NCBI GenBank assembly: GCA_900545315.1
Contig: UQYM01000003.1
Coordinates: 31,657 to 95,656, forward strand
Direction: 5' to 3'
Source: an uncultured Alistipes sp.
GTDB lineage: Bacteria > Bacteroidota > Bacteroidia > Bacteroidales > Rikenellaceae
Length of the DNA stretch: 64,000 bases
In this document: positions 43,783 through 54,038 of the stretch, in pieces
Layout of the letters: each line of letters starts with the position of its first letter
How positions within the stretch are numbered: position 1 is the stretch's first letter
Made by a program: the position numbers and the translations under genes
The notes under the pieces: generated by a model
Databases searched by the model: none
The model's input: the letters and a program-made list of their open reading frames with translations, nothing else
What the model was told of the DNA's origin: nothing

Positions 43783-44051
43783 ACCGCTGTCCTATACCAC
43801 GCCACGGCTTTACATGCCTCACCTTCCATTCAGCCATACCATATGTATTAAGGAAAACTGGCTGCAAAAGCTCTTTGGTGGTAAAAGGCGGTAAAAGCTA
43901 AATACTTATGTAAAACTCAATAGAAAGATAAGCTCACTATCGCCTGCTCACTGCTCCTGGCGTGATTTCTGTCTCCACCAGACAAAACTTCCGCACCGAA
44001 CTTTCCAAACCTCCCGGATTTTCCTATCTTTGTACATAGAGACATTGTGCA

Positions 44052-45674
44052 ATGATCAAAAAAATCATCCAATATATCTCCTACGACATCTGGTTCAAAA
44101 AAGAACATGAATACCGTTCGTCCAAAATCCGTTGGGCCGTACGGCAATTCAAAGTGTGTCTGTTTACCGCGCAGGGGTTCTCTGAACACAGCATTCTGAT
44201 CAAATCAGCCGCTCTCACCTTTTACACCCTGATGTCGATCGTTCCGATTGCTGCCCTGATGTTCGGCATCGCCAAAGGCTTCGCACTGGAGACCAAACTC
44301 AGTGCTTATCTCTATTCCGAATTTCCTCAATACCGTATAGTGATCGATCAGGTGATCGAATTCGCCAATGCCATGCTGCAACGAACAAAAGGAGGCCTGA
44401 TCGCTTCTGTCGGTTTGCTGGTATTATTTTGGTCGGTCATCAAGGTGTTCAACAACGTCGAAAAGGCATTCAACGACATTTGGGAGGTGCGTAAATCGCG
44501 CAGTATCGCCCGCAAAGTGAGCGACTACATTGCGGTCGTAGTGATCGTCCCGATTCTGTGGATCATCTCCAACAGCATTCGATTGCAACTACAAGACCAA
44601 TTGCTGCATATCACCCCAGGTCCTATAGTTAATTTCCTTTTCAGCCTCTTCTCACTCTTCACCATTTGGGTCATGTTCGCCTTCCTCTATATGGTGATCC
44701 CCAACACAAAAGTCAAGCCCCGCAGCGCCATGACCGCCGGAATCATCGCCGGCTCTATCTTCCAACTGTTCCAAATTATATACGTCAACATTCAATCTTC
44801 GTTGACCAGTTATAACGCCATCTACGGTAGTTTTGCCGCCTTCCCGCTCTTTCTGATCTGGCTGCAAGCCAGCTGGCAGATCGTCCTTTTCGGAGGTGAA
44901 CTGGCCTTCGCCTACCAAAACATCAAAAAATTCGAATACGAAAAACGAGCCAGCGAAATGAGCTACGAATACCGCAAACGGGCTCTGCTGTTGGTCATGC
45001 GACAAATCGTATTTCATTTTCTGGATAACAAAGGGGGAATATCCTCCGATCAAGTGGCTCAACAGCTGAACATGCCCGTACGTATCGTCCGGGATGTCAC
45101 CTTCGATTTGGAACGTGCAGGGTTAATTGCCGCCATTTTGGGCCGTGACGATAAAACCAACTTTTACATTCCAGCACGAGATGTCCATACACTGACCGTA
45201 TTCGATGTGATCCATCTGGTTGCAACGGCACGCCCTGCCGCACAGGATCGTATCCCAAAAAACTACCAGGAGCTGTGGAAAGACCCACTGGATATCGGCA
45301 TGAACAGCGAATATCGTGAAATCGATACCATCCTCAACAATATGGATCAGATGGCTGAAAATTCACCCTATAATGTTCGCATCATGGACCTCAAAGAGGG
45401 AATGATCGACACAATTGCAGCGGCCACTCAAACAGCCCCATCGGTCCCCGACGATTCAGAAGGCACAGCAAACAAAAAGGTTACTTCGTCTTCCTCTGAA
45501 TGTTCGACGGCTGTTGCATCCAAGCACCAGAAGACAAAAGATTTGACTACCGACGCTATCACAACTGAGTCAAAAAAAGAGGAAGCAAACAGTGACAGCT
45601 CCAAGTCAACAGCCAAGGCAGCAACATTACAGCGTGTCGAAGCGTGTGACAATAACTCCAAAATACAAGCATGA
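44052..45674 (+). CDS. yihY: YihY/BrkB family inner-membrane protein with a C-terminal winged-helix-like domain and an acidic/Ser-rich tail
   Basis: Residues ~1-300 form a 6-TM YihY core. Residues ~320-400 look like a wHTH (ISSDQVAQQLNMPVRIVRDVTFDLERAGLI). The last ~100 aa are low complexity. Confidence 0.75.
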   Translation: MIKKIIQYISYDIWFKKEHEYRSSKIRWAVRQFKVCLFTAQGFSEHSILIKSAALTFYTLMSIVPIAALMFGIAKGFALETKLSAYLYSEFPQYRIVIDQVIEFANAMLQRTKGGLIASVGLLVLFWSVIKVFNNVEKAFNDIWEVRKSRSIARKVSDYIAVVVIVPILWIISNSIRLQLQDQLLHITPGPIVNFLFSLFSLFTIWVMFAFLYMVIPNTKVKPRSAMTAGIIAGSIFQLFQIIYVNIQSSLTSYNAIYGSFAAFPLFLIWLQASWQIVLFGGELAFAYQNIKKFEYEKRASEMSYEYRKRALLLVMRQIVFHFLDNKGGISSDQVAQQLNMPVRIVRDVTFDLERAGLIAAILGRDDKTNFYIPARDVHTLTVFDVIHLVATARPAAQDRIPKNYQELWKDPLDIGMNSEYREIDTILNNMDQMAENSPYNVRIMDLKEGMIDTIAAATQTAPSVPDDSEGTANKKVTSSSSECSTAVASKHQKTKDLTTDAITTESKKEEANSDSSKSTAKAATLQRVEACDNNSKIQA

Positions 45675-46474
45675 AACGGATTTGTTTGATCGGAAGCGGC
45701 AATGTAGCCGAGGCATTGGCATGCGCCCTGTCTGCTATGGGCTCTGACCCGACCGTCCCAACAGACGAGCAATTTCGTTTGGATCGCATCTATGCCCGCA
45801 ATCGAGATAGAGGCCGTGCAATTGCCCAAATGGTGGGTTGCACCTATACCGACAATCCTGCTGAACTGCAGTCAGCAGATATCATTTTAATCGCAGTCAG
45901 CGATTCACAAATCGGACAAGTGGCTGAACTGATTCCCAACAACGAGGCTATCGTTGCCCACACGGCCGGATGCGTATCGTGGCATGTGCTGCCCGAACGA
46001 TTGCACCATCGAGGGGTCTTCTACCCCCTACAGACCTTCACCGCGGGTCGTAAAGTCAATTTTCGGGAAATTCCGCTACTGATCGAAGGCGAGGATCAAA
46101 CAACGGTAGAAACACTGCTGGAGTTGGCCAACGCACTATCCGACAATGTGCATCAAAGTACCGAGAGTCAACGGGCTCAGTTGCATCTGGCCGCCGTATT
46201 TGCCTGCAACTTCACCAACCGCATGTACGCCATCGCCCAGCAACTGCTCGAAGAGGCGCACCTGCCGGCCACATTGATCGGACCGCTGATCGGTGAAACA
46301 GCCCGCAAAGCCATGGAGAGTCCATCGGCAGCAGCGGTGCAGACAGGGCCTGCTCGTCGGGGCGATCTACCCACACAGCAACGCCACCTGGAGCTGTTGG
46401 CTCAACACCCGCAATGGCAAGAATTATATCGTAAAATTAGTAACGACATATGGGAAACTTCAAAGAAGATATAG
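45671..46474 (+). CDS. Rossmann-like NAD(P)-binding protein with a DUF2520 C-terminal domain
   Basis: N-terminal GxGxxA (LIGSGNVAEALA). 4-bp overlap with yihY. Confidence 0.65.
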   Translation: MKRICLIGSGNVAEALACALSAMGSDPTVPTDEQFRLDRIYARNRDRGRAIAQMVGCTYTDNPAELQSADIILIAVSDSQIGQVAELIPNNEAIVAHTAGCVSWHVLPERLHHRGVFYPLQTFTAGRKVNFREIPLLIEGEDQTTVETLLELANALSDNVHQSTESQRAQLHLAAVFACNFTNRMYAIAQQLLEEAHLPATLIGPLIGETARKAMESPSAAAVQTGPARRGDLPTQQRHLELLAQHPQWQELYRKISNDIWETSKKI

Positions 46475-46992
46475 CAAAAGTACGACTGATCGTACTCGAC
46501 GTGGACGGTGTCATGACCGATGGAGGAATCACCGTCACCCCAGAAGGAGAATTTATTCGGAAATTTCATGCCAAAGATGGCTATGCGCTCTCCTATGCGC
46601 TCCGCCGTGGTTACGAGATTGCCATCATTACCGGTGGTCGGGGCAGAAGTCTGGAGGTGCGACTCAATATGTTAGGAATCAAACACATCTACTCGAACTG
46701 CATGCATAAGATCGAGGCACTGCATGATCTGATGCAAAAGGTCAGCGTCACACCGGAAGAGGTGCTCTATATGGGGGATGATATTCCCGACATCGAGCCG
46801 ATGCAACAGGTCGGGATGCCGGTATGCCCCGCAGATGCTGCCACCGAAGTGATCGAAGCATCGCGTTATGTTTCACAATTCAAAGGCGGTGAAGGTTGTG
46901 TCCGTGATGTGGTCGAGCAGGTCATGCGGGCCCGTGGCGACTGGTACAAACCCGGTGATAAGGCCGTCGCTGTTACCACCGCCTCCCGATAA
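46450..46992 (+). CDS. kdsC: 3-deoxy-D-manno-octulosonate 8-phosphate phosphatase (HAD family)
   Basis: VLDVDGVMTDG (HAD motif I), GGRGRS and MGDDIPD motifs. Confidence 0.8.
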   Translation: MGNFKEDIAKVRLIVLDVDGVMTDGGITVTPEGEFIRKFHAKDGYALSYALRRGYEIAIITGGRGRSLEVRLNMLGIKHIYSNCMHKIEALHDLMQKVSVTPEEVLYMGDDIPDIEPMQQVGMPVCPADAATEVIEASRYVSQFKGGEGCVRDVVEQVMRARGDWYKPGDKAVAVTTASR

Positions 46993-47290
46993 TCGTTTTA
47001 TTGGTATTGCAACCACATAAATTCTAATTCCAACCTACTTAATCCTAAAATGGCTCGCAGAGGCACGTTAAAGGCGCCAATGTGCGAGCCATTATTCTTT
47101 TTACGTGAGGTAGTGCATCAGCTACCTCAGCAATTCGCGTTACATGCTGTTCTTCATTTTGGTTGGATCATTCGGGAAACCTCTCCTCAATCATCCAAAT
47201 TGCGTGTATCTCTGATTTTACTTACCTCTGCGTGCCGATTCAAGATCGGACATCCAGCACAAAGAGGCAATAAAAACTGAGCTATGGTTA

Positions 47291-48118
47291 CTACTCCTTC
47301 GTAAACCGGACGGAGGCCCAGCCGTTCAGGATGCGGTAACCGTCGTAATGCAACCCCAACGATTCAGCCTTTTCGACAATGCAGGGAATATCGGCTTCCA
47401 AAATGCCGCTCATCACCAACCGACCACCCGCTGTGAGCGTTTCCACATAAGCCGCCATATCTGCCAATAAGATATTACGGTTGATATTGGCCAGCACAAA
47501 ATCATAATGACGACCTGCCAACAACGAAGCGTCCCCCTGTTGGGTCGTAATTCGACCGGCCAATCCGTTTGTGGCCACATTCTCCCCGCTATTGGTATAG
47601 GCCCACTCGTCGATATCGATGGCATCCATGTGTGCCGCTCCACGCATCATCGCCAAAATAGCCAACACTGCCGTTCCACACCCCATGTCCAATCCGCTCA
47701 AACCCTGCAGGGGCAGATCGAGAATCTCCTCCACCATCAGCTGGGTTGTAGCGTGGTGTCCCGTTCCGAACGCCATCTTGGGCATAATCACAATATCGTA
47801 GGGCAGATCGGGCCGTGGCGTATGGAAAGGTGCCCGAATCGAACACTTCCCCTCCACCTCGATCGGCTCAAAATTCGACTCCCACACCTCATTCCAATTG
47901 CGATCAGCAATGCGCTCAACAGTAAACGGCACAGCCATCTCGTTCAACTGAGCCTCCACCTCTCCCTGACACACTGCGTAATCTTTTTCGCGAATATAGG
48001 CATGCAACAGCTTCTCCTGCTCGTCGAAACTATCAAAAGGCCAATCACTAAGCAGTGCCATCAGAATTTCGGACTGCTCCTCGTTTTGCGTTTGAATATT
48101 CAGGGCTATGTAATCCAT
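47291..48118 (-). CDS. prmA: Ribosomal protein L11 methyltransferase
   Basis: SAM motif LDMGCGTAVLAI and FGTGHHATT. Start chosen at MDYIALNIQ; the track's upstream Met is also possible. Confidence 0.8.
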   Translation of the reverse strand: MDYIALNIQTQNEEQSEILMALLSDWPFDSFDEQEKLLHAYIREKDYAVCQGEVEAQLNEMAVPFTVERIADRNWNEVWESNFEPIEVEGKCSIRAPFHTPRPDLPYDIVIMPKMAFGTGHHATTQLMVEEILDLPLQGLSGLDMGCGTAVLAILAMMRGAAHMDAIDIDEWAYTNSGENVATNGLAGRITTQQGDASLLAGRHYDFVLANINRNILLADMAAYVETLTAGGRLVMSGILEADIPCIVEKAESLGLHYDGYRILNGWASVRFTKE

Positions 48119-48166
48119 CGTCACAAAGAATTTCACGGTTCGGGACAAATTTACTAATTTTGAGGT

Positions 48167-49069
48167 ATGAGTTGGGACAAGGAGCTGAAAGATTATCGCT
48201 ATTATCTTTCATTGGAGAAAAAACTCTCCGAAAATACCGTGCAAGCCTACCTGCATGATCTGGCACGTATTTCCAATTATATGGAACACACTTTCGGCAT
48301 CACAGAGCCCGAAAAGGTAACAGCCGACCAGATCGAATCTTTTTTAGCCCACCTCTACGATACAGGTGTCGAGAAGGCTACCCAAGCCCGTGAATTGAGC
48401 GGCATCAAAAGTTTTTTCAACTATCTGATGCTCAACGACCGAATCGAAACAGCACCAACAGAATTCATCGAAGCCCCCAAAATCGGCCGAAAACTTCCCG
48501 ATGTACTTTCCGTGCAAGAGATCAACGCCGTAATCGGCTCGATCGATCTGAGCAGCCGTTTCGGCCATCGCAACAAAGCCATGCTCGAAACCCTATACAG
48601 TTGCGGGTTGCGGGTCAGTGAACTAATCACCCTGCGGATCAGCGATCTGTTTTTCACCGACGGTTTTATACGGGTAATCGGCAAAGGAGACAAACAACGC
48701 TTGGTCCCGATCAGTGAAACGGCCATCCGTCTGATCACCCTCTATCTCGAACAGCGCCGAACCATGCCGGTCGATGAATATTACGCCGATACGCTCTTCC
48801 TGAACAACAAAGGGAAACCGCTGACGCGTGTAATGGTCTTTCACATTATCCGCGAGTGCGCCAAAGCGGCCGGCATTACCAAAAAGATCAGCCCGCACAC
48901 CTTCCGCCACTCGTTTGCCACACACCTGCTTGAGGGCGGAGCCAGTATCCGTCAAGTGCAGGAGATGTTGGGACATGAATCGATCTTAACCACCGAGATC
49001 TACACCCATCTCGATAGCCGTAATTTACGGGACAGCGTCGAACAACACCATCCACTGTCCGATTATTGA
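48167..49069 (+). CDS. xerD: Tyrosine site-specific recombinase XerD
   Basis: Catalytic R..HxxR..Y (HTFRHSFATHLL ... IYTHL). Chromosomal dimer-resolution type with no flanking mobile-element features. Confidence 0.85.
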   Translation: MSWDKELKDYRYYLSLEKKLSENTVQAYLHDLARISNYMEHTFGITEPEKVTADQIESFLAHLYDTGVEKATQARELSGIKSFFNYLMLNDRIETAPTEFIEAPKIGRKLPDVLSVQEINAVIGSIDLSSRFGHRNKAMLETLYSCGLRVSELITLRISDLFFTDGFIRVIGKGDKQRLVPISETAIRLITLYLEQRRTMPVDEYYADTLFLNNKGKPLTRVMVFHIIRECAKAAGITKKISPHTFRHSFATHLLEGGASIRQVQEMLGHESILTTEIYTHLDSRNLRDSVEQHHPLSDY

Positions 49070-49466
49070 CTCCAACGGTTTAGGACTCTTACCACGCACT
49101 ACCTACTTCCTGAGGAAGGCCCTTACTGGCAAGAATCCACAGAGAAACCATCATACGTCTATAACCAGATAATGGGTCGCTCTCGGTTATCAGATATCAG
49201 AGTGCAGCATTCTCGTGTATTCACCAGTATGTCTGTTACTTCACATTACTCTGCGCAATCACTGCTCTGCAGGCCCACTGCTCACCCCGAAACACGGAAA
49301 TCGCAGGAATAAAACTGACATCCCCTTCTACTTCGGTATGGCATACGGAATGCTTGCAAAAAAAAATGAGCATCCGACAGACAGTAACTCAGATCTTTAC
49401 ATAGTCTAACACAAAAATTCAGAGAAAAAATTTATCAATAAAAGTACACTTTCACCTCAATTCATC

Positions 49467-49474
49467 TATATTTG
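49467..49474 (+). promoter_or_regulatory. Bacteroidota -7 promoter element TATATTTG upstream of the trp leader
   Basis: Matches TAnnTTTG. It lies 44 nt upstream of the leader-peptide ATG. Confidence 0.4.
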
Positions 49475-49517
49475 CTGCTGGAGGAATCAAGCAAAACTCC
49501 GTTCAAAACACAAGATT

Positions 49518-49580
49518 ATGAATCGCATCTCTATGAACATCAACTTTTGGTGGTGGCGCTCGCAACTATTCAAGTCGTGA
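49518..49580 (+). CDS. trp operon leader peptide (20 aa, MNRISMNINFWWWRSQLFKS) with three consecutive Trp codons
   Basis: ATG...TGG TGG TGG...TGA read directly. It sits between the promoter and the attenuator hairpin, 137 nt upstream of trpB. Confidence 0.65.
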   Translation: MNRISMNINFWWWRSQLFKS

Positions 49581-49637
49581 GTGTAAGATGCGTGTATATA
49601 CATTGATGAACTTTTAACAAGTAATCTTTTATATCGA

Positions 49638-49675
49638 GAAGCTGTCGAACTCACGACAGCTTCTCTTTTTTTGTG
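49638..49675 (+). terminator. trp attenuator: intrinsic terminator hairpin GAAGCTGTCG-AACTCA-CGACAGCTTC followed by TCTTTTTTTGTG
   Basis: 10-bp stem plus a U-tract, 40 nt upstream of trpB. The alternative pairing of leader segment GTCGTGAGT (49574-49582, includes the leader stop codon) with ACTCACGAC (49649-49657) would sequester the 3' half of the terminator. Confidence 0.7.
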
Positions 49676-49716
49676 CCATTTCAATCTCAGACAAACAACA
49701 AAACAATACCAATACG

Positions 49717-50919
49717 ATGAAGTACAACATTGACGAAAACGGTTACTACGGCCCCTTCGGCGGGGCGTACATCCCAGAGATCCTGTATGCGAATGTCGAA
49801 AATCTGCGCAAAAACTACCTGAAGGTGATGGCTGACCCCAGCTTCCAAAAAGAACTGGATAATCTGCTCCGCGATTACGTCGGACGTCCATCCCCCCTTT
49901 ATTATGCCAAACGTCTCTCCGAAAAATACGGTACCCGCGTTTACCTCAAACGTGAAGACCTGAACCATACCGGTGCCCATAAAATCAACAACACGTTGGG
50001 GCAGATTCTGTTGGCCCGTCGCATGGGCAAGAAACGGATCATCGCCGAAACCGGAGCCGGACAGCACGGTGTGGCCACCGCTACCGTATGCGCCCTGATG
50101 GATATGCCCTGCGTAGTCTATATGGGTGAGACCGATATTGCCCGTCAAAACCTCAACGTACAAAAGATGCAGATGCTGGGAGCAGAGGTTCGTTCCGTGA
50201 CCAGCGGTAACAAAACCCTCAAAGATGCCACCAATGAGGCGATCCGTGACTGGTGCTGCCACCCCGCCGATACCTACTACATCATCGGCTCAACGGTCGG
50301 TCCGCACCCCTATCCCGATATGGTTGCCCGCTTCCAATCGGTCATCAGCCGCGAGATCAAAAAACAGCTTCTCGAAAAGGAGGGGCGGGATTATCCCGAT
50401 TACCTGATTGCCTGCGTCGGAGGCGGAAGCAATGCAGCCGGGACCTTCTACGAATACCTCGAAGATGAGCGGGTACGGTTGATCGCTGCAGAGGCTGGCG
50501 GACTGGGAATCGACACCGACAAATCGGCTGCCACCATCCACCTGGGCCGAGATGGTATCATCCACGGCAGCCATACCTTGGTTATGCAGACCGAAGATGG
50601 TCAGATTCTCGAGCCCTACTCCATTTCGGCCGGCCTTGACTATCCGGGAATCGGACCACTGCACGCCCATCTGGCAGCCACTCACCGTTCGGAGGTGCTG
50701 GCCATCACCGACCAGCAGGCTGTCGATGCCGCTTTCGAAACCACCCGTCTCGAAGGAATCATTCCAGCCCTCGAATCGGCTCACGCCTTGGCCGTGCTCG
50801 GTTGCAAAAAATTCAATCCGAACGATGTGGTAGTCATCACCGTCTCTGGCCGTGGAGACAAAGATATGGAGACCTACGTCAAACTCTTTAACGCTCAAAA
50901 CCATGAAACCCGAAAATAA
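49717..50919 (+). CDS. trpB: Tryptophan synthase beta chain
   Basis: PLP lysine motif HTGAHKINN; GGGSNA. Confidence 0.95.
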   Translation: MKYNIDENGYYGPFGGAYIPEILYANVENLRKNYLKVMADPSFQKELDNLLRDYVGRPSPLYYAKRLSEKYGTRVYLKREDLNHTGAHKINNTLGQILLARRMGKKRIIAETGAGQHGVATATVCALMDMPCVVYMGETDIARQNLNVQKMQMLGAEVRSVTSGNKTLKDATNEAIRDWCCHPADTYYIIGSTVGPHPYPDMVARFQSVISREIKKQLLEKEGRDYPDYLIACVGGGSNAAGTFYEYLEDERVRLIAAEAGGLGIDTDKSAATIHLGRDGIIHGSHTLVMQTEDGQILEPYSISAGLDYPGIGPLHAHLAATHRSEVLAITDQQAVDAAFETTRLEGIIPALESAHALAVLGCKKFNPNDVVVITVSGRGDKDMETYVKLFNAQNHETRK

Positions 50920-52312
50920 AATCCAAATCATCGCCGAAAGCCGCACCTTTCTGGGCGACCTGCAAACCCCGGTGGGCATCTACCTGAAGGTCCGTGACCT
51001 CTTTCCCGAATCGGTGCTGCTCGAAAGCTCGGACTACCACACCTCCGAAAACAGCTACTCCTTCATTGGCGTAGAGCCCATCGCCCGCTTCACCGTAAAC
51101 GGAGATACCATTACCGAGGAGTTTCCCGACGGCAAGTCCGTTGATCTGACCATCGACAAAGATCACCCGCTGTGCGACCGGATGAACGACTTTCTGGCGC
51201 TGTTCAACGTCTCCGGCACCCCCGGACGCATCAACGGTCTTTTCGGATATACCTCGTACGATTGTGTCGCCCACTTCGAAAACGTACAGATCACCAAGCC
51301 ACAAATCGACCAGGTTCCGCAAATGGCCTACATCTTCTTTCGGTATGTCATCACGGTCAACCACATGCGGAACGAAATGACCGTCACCGAAAACCGTCCC
51401 ATCGACTCTCCTTCAGGCATCGACAACATGCTCAGCATCCTCAACAGTAAGAACTACGCCTCCTACGACTTCCATACCGTCGGCGAGATCACCTCTCCCA
51501 TCAGCGACGAACAGTACATGGAGATGGTTCGCAAAGGAATCAGTCACTGCCTGCGAGGCGATGTTTTCCAAATTGTGCTTTCACGGCGTTTCATGCAGGC
51601 CTTCCGGGGAGACGACTTCAAAGTATATCGGGCCCTACGTTCCATCAACCCCTCTCCCTACCTTTTCTATTTCGATTTCGGTTCGTACCGCATCTTTGGC
51701 TCGTCACCCGAAACCCACCTCAAAGTAATTGGCGATACCGCCACCATCGATCCCATCGCCGGCACCTTCCGCCGTACCGGAAACGACCAGGCCGACCACG
51801 AACTGGCTGTCAAACTACGCGACGATCCCAAAGAGAATGCCGAACATGTCATGTTGGTCGATCTGGCCCGCAATGACCTGAACCGCAACACAACCGGCGT
51901 CTATGTCAAATCCTACAAAGAGATTCAATTCTACTCACACGTTATTCACATGGTATCTCGCGTGTGCGGCCACGTCGCCCCGGATACCAACCGTATCCGA
52001 CTCTTCGCCGACACCTTCCCGGCCGGCACCCTTTCGGGAGCTCCGAAAGTTCGGGCGATGCAGCTGATCGACGAAATCGAAAGCCACGCCCGTGGAGTTT
52101 ATGGCGGTTGCATCGGCTACATCGGGTTCGACAACACCCTCAACCACGCCATTACGATCCGTACCTTCCTCAGCCGCGATAATGTGCTGCACTTTCAGGC
52201 CGGTGCGGGAATCGTCGCCAAATCGGACCCGCACAACGAACTGATGGAGGGCAAAGGCAAATTGGGAGCCCTGCGCAAAGCAATTCAAATGGCCGAAGAA
52301 CTGAAAAATTAA
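50902..52312 (+). CDS. trpE: Anthranilate synthase component I
   Basis: Chorismate-binding C-domain ([17 protein letters not shown]). The start MKPENKIQ overlaps the trpB 3' end by 18 bp. Confidence 0.9.
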
Positions 52313-52332
52313 TCGCTTAAATACACACCACC

Positions 52333-52899
52333 ATGAAACTGTTGGTTTTTGACAATTACGACTCCTTTACATACAACATCGTACAGCTGCTGCGCGAAGC
52401 AGGTATCGATCAGATCACGGTTGCCCGCAACGACCAAATCGCACTGGAAAAGATCGCCGATTTTGACAAGATTGTGCTCTCCCCCGGACCCGGTATTCCC
52501 TCCGAAGCTGGATTGTTGCTTCCCCTGATTCGGGAATATGCCCCCAGCAAAAGCATTCTGGGAATCTGCCTCGGCGAACAGGCCATCGGCGAAGCCTTCG
52601 GGGCCACACTCTCCAACCTCAAAGAGGTCTATCACGGCATCGCCAGTCAGATCCACGTCGTCGCTCCCGATCCACTGTTTGCAGGACTGCCCGAAACCTT
52701 CGAAGCGGGTCGATACCACAGCTGGATCGTCGATAAGGAGAACTTCCCCGAAGAGCTCGAAATCACGGCCGAAGATGACAACGGTCGAATCATGGCCCTG
52801 GCTCATCGACGATACGATGTGCGAGGCCTACAGTTTCACCCCGAATCGGTGCTCACGCCCGTCAGCCGTTCGCTGATTGAGAACTGGCTGAAGGCATAA
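52333..52899 (+). CDS. trpG: Anthranilate synthase component II (glutamine amidotransferase)
   Basis: Class I GATase, GICLGEQAIGEAFG catalytic Cys region. Confidence 0.9.
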   Translation: MKLLVFDNYDSFTYNIVQLLREAGIDQITVARNDQIALEKIADFDKIVLSPGPGIPSEAGLLLPLIREYAPSKSILGICLGEQAIGEAFGATLSNLKEVYHGIASQIHVVAPDPLFAGLPETFEAGRYHSWIVDKENFPEELEITAEDDNGRIMALAHRRYDVRGLQFHPESVLTPVSRSLIENWLKA

Positions 52900-53042
52900 C
52901 CACTCCAAGGGCCTCCCTCCGTTGGGGAATGATTCTCCTAACGTGCTCAATCCATCTGATCAAACCAATGGAAGATCGTCATTCTCTACACCCGAACACA
53001 ACAACTATCCCTTTACCCTCAACATCTATTTAACAGCAAACC

Positions 53043-54038
53043 ATGAAAAATCTACTATACAGACTCTTCGAAAACAGCTATCTCGACCGGGATGAGGCCC
53101 GTGACGTGCTGATCCGCATGGCACACGGCCAATACAACGACAGTCAGATCGCCGCCTTTATCACCGTGTTCCTGATGCGCAGCATCACCCTCAACGAACT
53201 GGCCGGATTCCGGGAAGCGCTGCTCGAGATGCGTGTACCGGTCGATCTCTCGGAGTTCAATGCTATCGATATCGTCGGAACCGGTGGCGACAACAAAAAC
53301 ACCTTTAACATCTCCACAGCTGCCTGCGTCGTAACTGCAGCAGCAGGCTATCCGGTCATCAAACACGGTAACTACGGAGCCACCTCCGTCAGCGGTTCAT
53401 CAAACGTGATCGAGGCTCATGGCGTGAAGTTCACGCGCGATACCGACCAGCTCAAACGGTCACTCGAAGGGTGCAACATGGCCTTCCTCCATGCTCAGTT
53501 CTTCAACCCGGCCCTCAAAGCCGTCGCCCCGGTTCGAAAAGCCCTCGGCGTCCGTACCTTCTTCAACATCCTGGGCCCGCTGGTCAACCCCTCACTGCCA
53601 CATCACCAGCTGCTCGGCGTCTATAACCTGAAGCTGGGACGTCTCTACAACTACCTCTACCAGCAGACCGACACCCGATATACAATCGTCACCACACTGG
53701 ATGGCTACGACGAAATTTCGCTCACAGACGACTTCAAAGTCTTCTCCAACGACGGGGAGATGATCGTCTCTCCCGAAGAGATCGGCATGACCCGTTGTAC
53801 GGAACAGGATCTCAGCGGCGGCGCCAGCGTAGCTGAGGCGGCCGCCATCTTCGACAAGGTGTTGGACAACACGGCAACCCCCGCACAAAAAAATGCCGTT
53901 GCGGTAAATGCCGCCTACGCCATCCACAATTTCGAACCTCAACGGCCTATTACGGAGTGTATTGCCCAGGCCCTTGAAACCATCGAGAGCGGACGGGCAA
54001 AGGCCACCTTCCGTAAATTTGTCGAATTGAACTCCTAA
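53043..54038 (+). CDS. trpD: Anthranilate phosphoribosyltransferase
   Basis: GTGGDNKNTFNISTAA motif. Confidence 0.9.
   Translation: MKNLLYRLFENSYLDRDEARDVLIRMAHGQYNDSQIAAFITVFLMRSITLNELAGFREALLEMRVPVDLSEFNAIDIVGTGGDNKNTFNISTAACVVTAAAGYPVIKHGNYGATSVSGSSNVIEAHGVKFTRDTDQLKRSLEGCNMAFLHAQFFNPALKAVAPVRKALGVRTFFNILGPLVNPSLPHHQLLGVYNLKLGRLYNYLYQQTDTRYTIVTTLDGYDEISLTDDFKVFSNDGEMIVSPEEIGMTRCTEQDLSGGASVAEAAAIFDKVLDNTATPAQKNAVAVNAAYAIHNFEPQRPITECIAQALETIESGRAKATFRKFVELNS

Noticed and set aside
48167-49069. XerD recombinase as part of a mobile element or integron
   Set aside because: No flanking direct or inverted repeats, no cargo genes and no att-like sites. It sits beside prmA in a housekeeping context, consistent with chromosomal dimer resolution.
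49487-49891. 134-aa minus-strand ORF covering the trp leader and the trpB start
   Set aside because: It is antisense to the leader peptide, the terminator and the conserved trpB N-terminus. The peptide is Arg/Cys-rich junk.
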